From NCBI RefSeq assembly GCF_006345805.1, contig NW_021833013.1:1-64000 (forward strand): 64,000 bases of DNA, read 5' to 3'. The notes beneath the pieces were generated by a model that was given only the letters and a program-made list of their open reading frames with translations, was not told the origin of the DNA and ran no database searches. Below, in pieces: positions 59,235-64,000 of the stretch. The DNA comes from Octopus sinensis (Eukaryota). Made by a program: the position numbers and the translations under genes. Within the stretch, counting starts at the first letter, position 1, and each line of letters starts with the position of its first letter.

Positions 59235-62200
59235 TATAGAAAATATGTGTGTGTGTGTGTAGCTAATGTGTTGTTTTGTGATGGTAAAATCAACAACAAA
59301 AAGTACTGCATCTGGTGAGAGATTAATATCATTTAATAGACACAATCCATGTTTTTATGTGCTACTCGTAGTTTCTTGTGCTGAGGATATGCCAAACAAT
59401 GTTTTGTAACACCTCTGACCTCTTGGCACAGTCATCGGGCATAACCCATGAATATGGGAATATCTTGTAATTGGAGGGTCGTTAATGACAAAGTTATTTT
59501 ATTAAATTCTTCATTATTTTTAAAACTGAAGCAAAGCCCATTTGTTTCCAAAAATTAATTAATCATCAAACTAGTTTTCCTTCAGAGTTTTGCTTTGTAT
59601 GAGAAATAGTCTTCATTAGTTTTCCTCTCTCTGCTGGCTTTGGTGAAAGGTATACGTCTTAGCGGAATTGTCTGTGAGGTTTAACCCTTCAGCATTTAAA
59701 CCAGTCATACCTGGCTCAAATGTTCTATTTGTTTTACTCTTTTACTTGTTTCAGTCATTTGACTGCGGCCATGCTGGAGCACCGCCTCTAGTCGAGCAAA
59801 TTGACTCCGGGACTTATTCTTTGTAAGCCCAGTACTTGTTCTATCGGTCTCTTTTGCTGAACCGCTAAGTGACAGGGACGTAAACACACCAGCATCGGTT
59901 GTCAAGCAATGGTAGGGGGACAAACACATACATATATATATATGTACACATATATGACAGGCTTCTTTCAGTTTCCGTCTACCAAATCCACTCACAAGGC
60001 ATTGGTCGGCCCGGGGCTATAGCAGAAGACACTTGCCTAAGATGCCACGCAGTGGGACTGAATCCGGAACCTTGTGGTTGGTTAGCAAGCTACTTACCAT
60101 ACAGCCACTCCTGCGCCTCAAACTGGCCACATTTGACCCCTTGCATGCATCTTACACAGTCTTTCTAAGAATAAACAATCACACCATTGAAATCTCAAAG
60201 CCATGGAGCAATGCAGGATTTATTCAAAGAAATGTGAACAGATAGGCATCACATTTGACAGAGAAATCAGATGGCTAAAGGCTTTAAGTATTCTTCAGTA
60301 TTATCACTTATGCATTCCTTTCCTTCTTGGGACACAAAACTCCACTTGTGAAGACCCGTTGAGGCAAGTGAAAATCAAAATCAAAATCTATCAACATCAA
60401 TGGAATTTGTAGCTGTGATACCAGTGCCGGTGGCACATAAGAGAACCATCCGAACGTAGCCGTAGCCAGCGCCGCCCGACTGGCCTCCGTGTCGGTGGCA
60501 CGTAAAAAGCACCATCTGACCGTGGCCATTGCCAGCTTCATCTGGTCCCTGTGCTGGTGGCACGTAAAAAGCACCATCCGATTGTGGATGTCTGCCAGCC
60601 CTGTCTGGCACCTGTGCAGGTGGCACGTAAAAAGCACCTACTACACTCACGGAGTGGTTGGCGTTGAAACACTGCCAGATCAGACTGGGCCTGGTGCAGC
60701 CTTCTGGCTTCGCAGACCCCAGTTGAACCGTCCAACCTATGCTAGCATGGAAAGCGGACGCTAAATGATGATGATGATGATGATTTTACTTCTGACTTTT
60801 GGCACTTAAACTGGCCATATCTGGCTCAATTGTTCTACTCCCTTTTATGCTCAGACTGGCCACATTTGACCACACACGTTTCCCCTACAATGTCATTCTC
60901 AACTTATACAATCACATCCGTATGATTGATTCAAACCATTGTGAATGAATAAGCATCACATTTGACAAAATAATATGAATTTTAAAGGGTTAACCCTTTA
61001 GGGTTCAGATTACTCTGTTAAATGTAATATTTTTTTTACTCAAATTGTTTTTAATTAATCCTGCATTATCTCATAGCTTTTGAGGTTTCAGTGATGTGAT
61101 TGTTTGTTTTTAGAATGTCAATGTAGGTTAGGTGTGAGAGGCCAGATATTGCCAGTTTGGATATAAAACATATAGAATATTTGGGCCGGATTTGGCCAGT
61201 TTAAACACTAAAGGGTTAAAGCGGCGAGCTGGCAGAAATGTTAGCGTGCCGGGCAAGATGCTTAGCGGTATTTTGTCTGCCGCTACATTCTGAGTTCAAA
61301 TTCCGCCGAGGTCGACTTTGCCTTTCATCCTTTCGGAGTCGATAAATTAAGTACCAGTTACGCACTGGGGTCGATGTAATCGACTTAATCCGTTTGTCTG
61401 TCCTTGTTTGTCCCCTCTGTGTTTAGCCCCTTGTGGGTAGTAAAGAAATAGGTTAAAGATAAGTACCGTCCTCTCTGGCCAAGCTCTCGTTCACTTTTAT
61501 GAGGGCAACTTGAAGAGAATGTGGATGGTAGAGAATAAGGGGCTGCTGACGCTCGCAGTTTGGGTGTGTTTAGCAAAGGAAACGTTTCCCATGAAAGACT
61601 GGGGACGAAGCATTTCTCTTGTATGACTGTGATGCTGTTGACGACCGCCACTTCTTGTCTAGACAAGAGTAAAGAGCCCTTTCGGTCATGAAATGACCAT
61701 GGGATTGCACCTAGAAAGTTCCCCCTCTGAGGTGCAAGTCTATGCAAGGTTGTTTATGGAAGACCAGCGGTTGCCCATGTGTACCAGCCCTTCCCTTCTT
61801 CCATGTCACTGATATATCAAAGGGAAAGGCAAAAGGCCCCTGATACAGCTTGGCCCTTGGGATGCGGTAGCTCATTTCTGCAGAGGAGTGAACTTGCGCA
61901 ACATGAAATAAAGTGTCTTGCTCAAGGAGACAATCACTATCTCATGAGTGTGAGCCTGGCACTCTAACCACTGAACCGTGCACCTTCACAAATGTCTAGA
62001 CAAGGGCTCACATGGGCCCCTTTCAATTTTCATCTACCGAATCCATTCACAAAACTTTGGTCCACCCTGAGCTTTAGCAGAAGGCACAGCCCAAGGAGCT
62101 GTGCAGTGGGACTGATCCCCAGACCTCATGGTCGGAAAACGGGGTTCTTAACCACACAGCCATGTCTGCCCCCTATGTAGTGGAAGCAGTAAGACTAACA

Positions 62201-62654
62201 GGACTGATTGGGGTCTTCTTTGAGTATGCTTTTTCTTTTTATGCAGCAAGAGAGGAGAGCCAGGCCCTTTTTTTTTTTTGTGGGTTGGGGCAGATCCCTG
62301 ATTTTCCCCAAAATGGTCTTCCCCACTTTTCTTTTTTCTCATTGGGTTTTAGTTTTTCTGTTTTACTTTTGGTTATGCTCCTTTTGTTCAATGTAATCCC
62401 CAAACTGCTCCCGTCCCCTACTGTCATGCCTCTCTTCTCCTCATTGTCTTGGGCCCCTGTGTGGCCAGTGAAAGAAATAACAATTATTACCATTGTTGTT
62501 GTTATCAATATTTATAATTATTATTATGGCCTTGGCCCAAAATTTCAAACTGTCATTGTTGTTGTCATTTTATTATTGTTGTTGTTGTTATTGTTATTAT
62601 TATTGTTATTATTATTACTATTATTATTACTATTATTATTATTTATTATTATTA

Positions 62655-62686
<32 letters not shown>

Positions 62687-63753
62687 TTATTATCGTTATT
62701 ATCATCATCATTATTATTAATATTATTATTGTTATTATTATCATTATATTATCATTATTATTATCATATTATTATCATCATCATTATTATTATTATTATT
62801 ATATTGTTCGTTGTCAGCCTCGGCTGGCCCCCGTGCCGGTGACACGTAAAAGCACCGTCCGTTTGCGAGCTCTGTCTGGCCCCGTGTCGGTGGCACGTAA
62901 AAGCACCATCCGTTCGTGTCCGTTGCCAGCATCGCCTGGCCCCGTGCCGGTGACACGTAAAAGCACCATCCGTTCGTGGCCGTTCGCCAGCTCTGTCTGG
63001 CACCTGTGCGGGTGGCACGTAAAAAAACACCCACTACACTCGCGGAGTGGTTGGCATTAGGAAGGGCATCCAGCCGTAGAAACACTGCCAGATCTGACTG
63101 GGCCTGACGAAGCCTTCCAGCTTCACAGACCCCAGTTGACCCGTCCAACCCATGCTAGCATGGAAGGCGGATGCTAAATGATGATGATGATTGTTATTAT
63201 TATCATTATCATTATTATTATTATCATTATCATTATTATCATCATCATTATTATCATCATCATTATATTATGATTATCGTTATTATTATTATCATTATTA
63301 TCATTATTATTATTATTATCATTATTATCATTATTATTATGATTATCATATTATTATTATCATTATCATCATCATCATTATTATTGTTATTATTATTATT
63401 GTTATTGTTATTATTATTATTTTGTATAGTTATGAGTTGTTATTGTTGTTCTGATAATTCGTAGCTGCATATTTGACATTGCGGTCATCTTGCATGTTGT
63501 TGCATTCAATGTTTTTCATTTTTTTTGTTTTTTGGTTTGTTTTCCATTGTTTTGAATCTTAAGAACTAACAGATTCACATACACACAGAGTATATATTTC
63601 CATAGGTAAGTGTGTGTGTGCGTGTGTGTGTGTCTACATACACCTCTTTCCATATCTGTATTGCTTTTGTTTCTGTTTACTTTGGCACCCAATCTGCTGA
63701 ACTCCAAAGATGACAGCACTTTTAATGCTCTTTCACTATTTTCAATCAATCAG

Positions 63754-63811
63754 TCAACCGGTTGAGTAAACAGAACTATGAATGCACCCAAAATTCTAAT
63801 CAGAAACGACT
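63754..63811 (+). CDS. Candidate downstream PPIP5K exon (58 nt, phase 1 to 2): (V)NRLSKQNYECTQNSNQKR
   Basis: aatcag acceptor and perfect CT|gtaagt donor; open in the phase left by exon n. No recognised homology. Confidence 0.35.
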
Positions 63812-63961
63812 GTAAGTCTGTGGTGCACAAATAAACGAATCCTCTTATTTATGACCTTTCTTTTTTGTTTTTGTCTATCACTCTGTGACAACCTACCATA
63901 TTTAACTTGGTTTTATACCTACGGATTTACAAAGTCAACTGGAGACAGACTTCACCTTCAG

Positions 63962-64000
63962 ATCTCCCTTTTGGATTACCTATAGTTCGGCACCAATCAG
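63962..64000 (+). CDS. Candidate exon start running off the window
   Basis: cttcaccttcag acceptor; open in phase 2 (LSPFWITYSSAPI) and in phase 1 (DLPFGLPIVRHQS). Donor not visible. Confidence 0.2.

Overview
The window is eukaryotic and lies inside one large + strand gene, a PPIP5K/VIP1-family kinase-phosphatase. I assembled 14 in-frame GT-AG coding exons by hand (6766-55283, 2453 nt, about 817 codons). They cover the back half of the histidine-phosphatase-like domain and a long disordered C-terminal region. The start, the kinase domain and the stop lie outside the window. The repeat families look like those I recall from Octopus genomes, so the source is probably an octopod cephalopod (inference, no database check). 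About 96% of the window is intron, filled with tRNA-derived SINEs (working labels A, B-D, E, F), truncated LINEs (RTE, CR1, R4/Dong-like), Helitron, hAT, piggyBac and foldback non-autonomous elements, TE-derived minisatellites and a 3.8-kb (ATT)n array. Most notable: (1) a 126-bp spacer-less palindrome encoding a complete type-I hammerhead ribozyme on each strand, about 220 nt upstream of a coding exon, plus four decayed hammerhead-like relics; (2) a SINE whose insertion sites often begin GGT(A/T), a motif present in its own head, which could explain single-headed 184-bp concatemers at five loci; (3) a composite hAT MITE dimer carrying a captured spacer inside one 8-bp TSD; (4) long intronic hairpins and clustered splicing-factor motifs next to frame-preserving exons. 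All alignments and folds were done by eye. Exon and TSD coordinates were counted; repeat boundaries are approximate. Family names from memory are flagged. The long ORFs in the supplied track are mostly microsatellite artefacts. No prokaryotic features, CRISPR arrays, rRNA or true tRNA genes were found.
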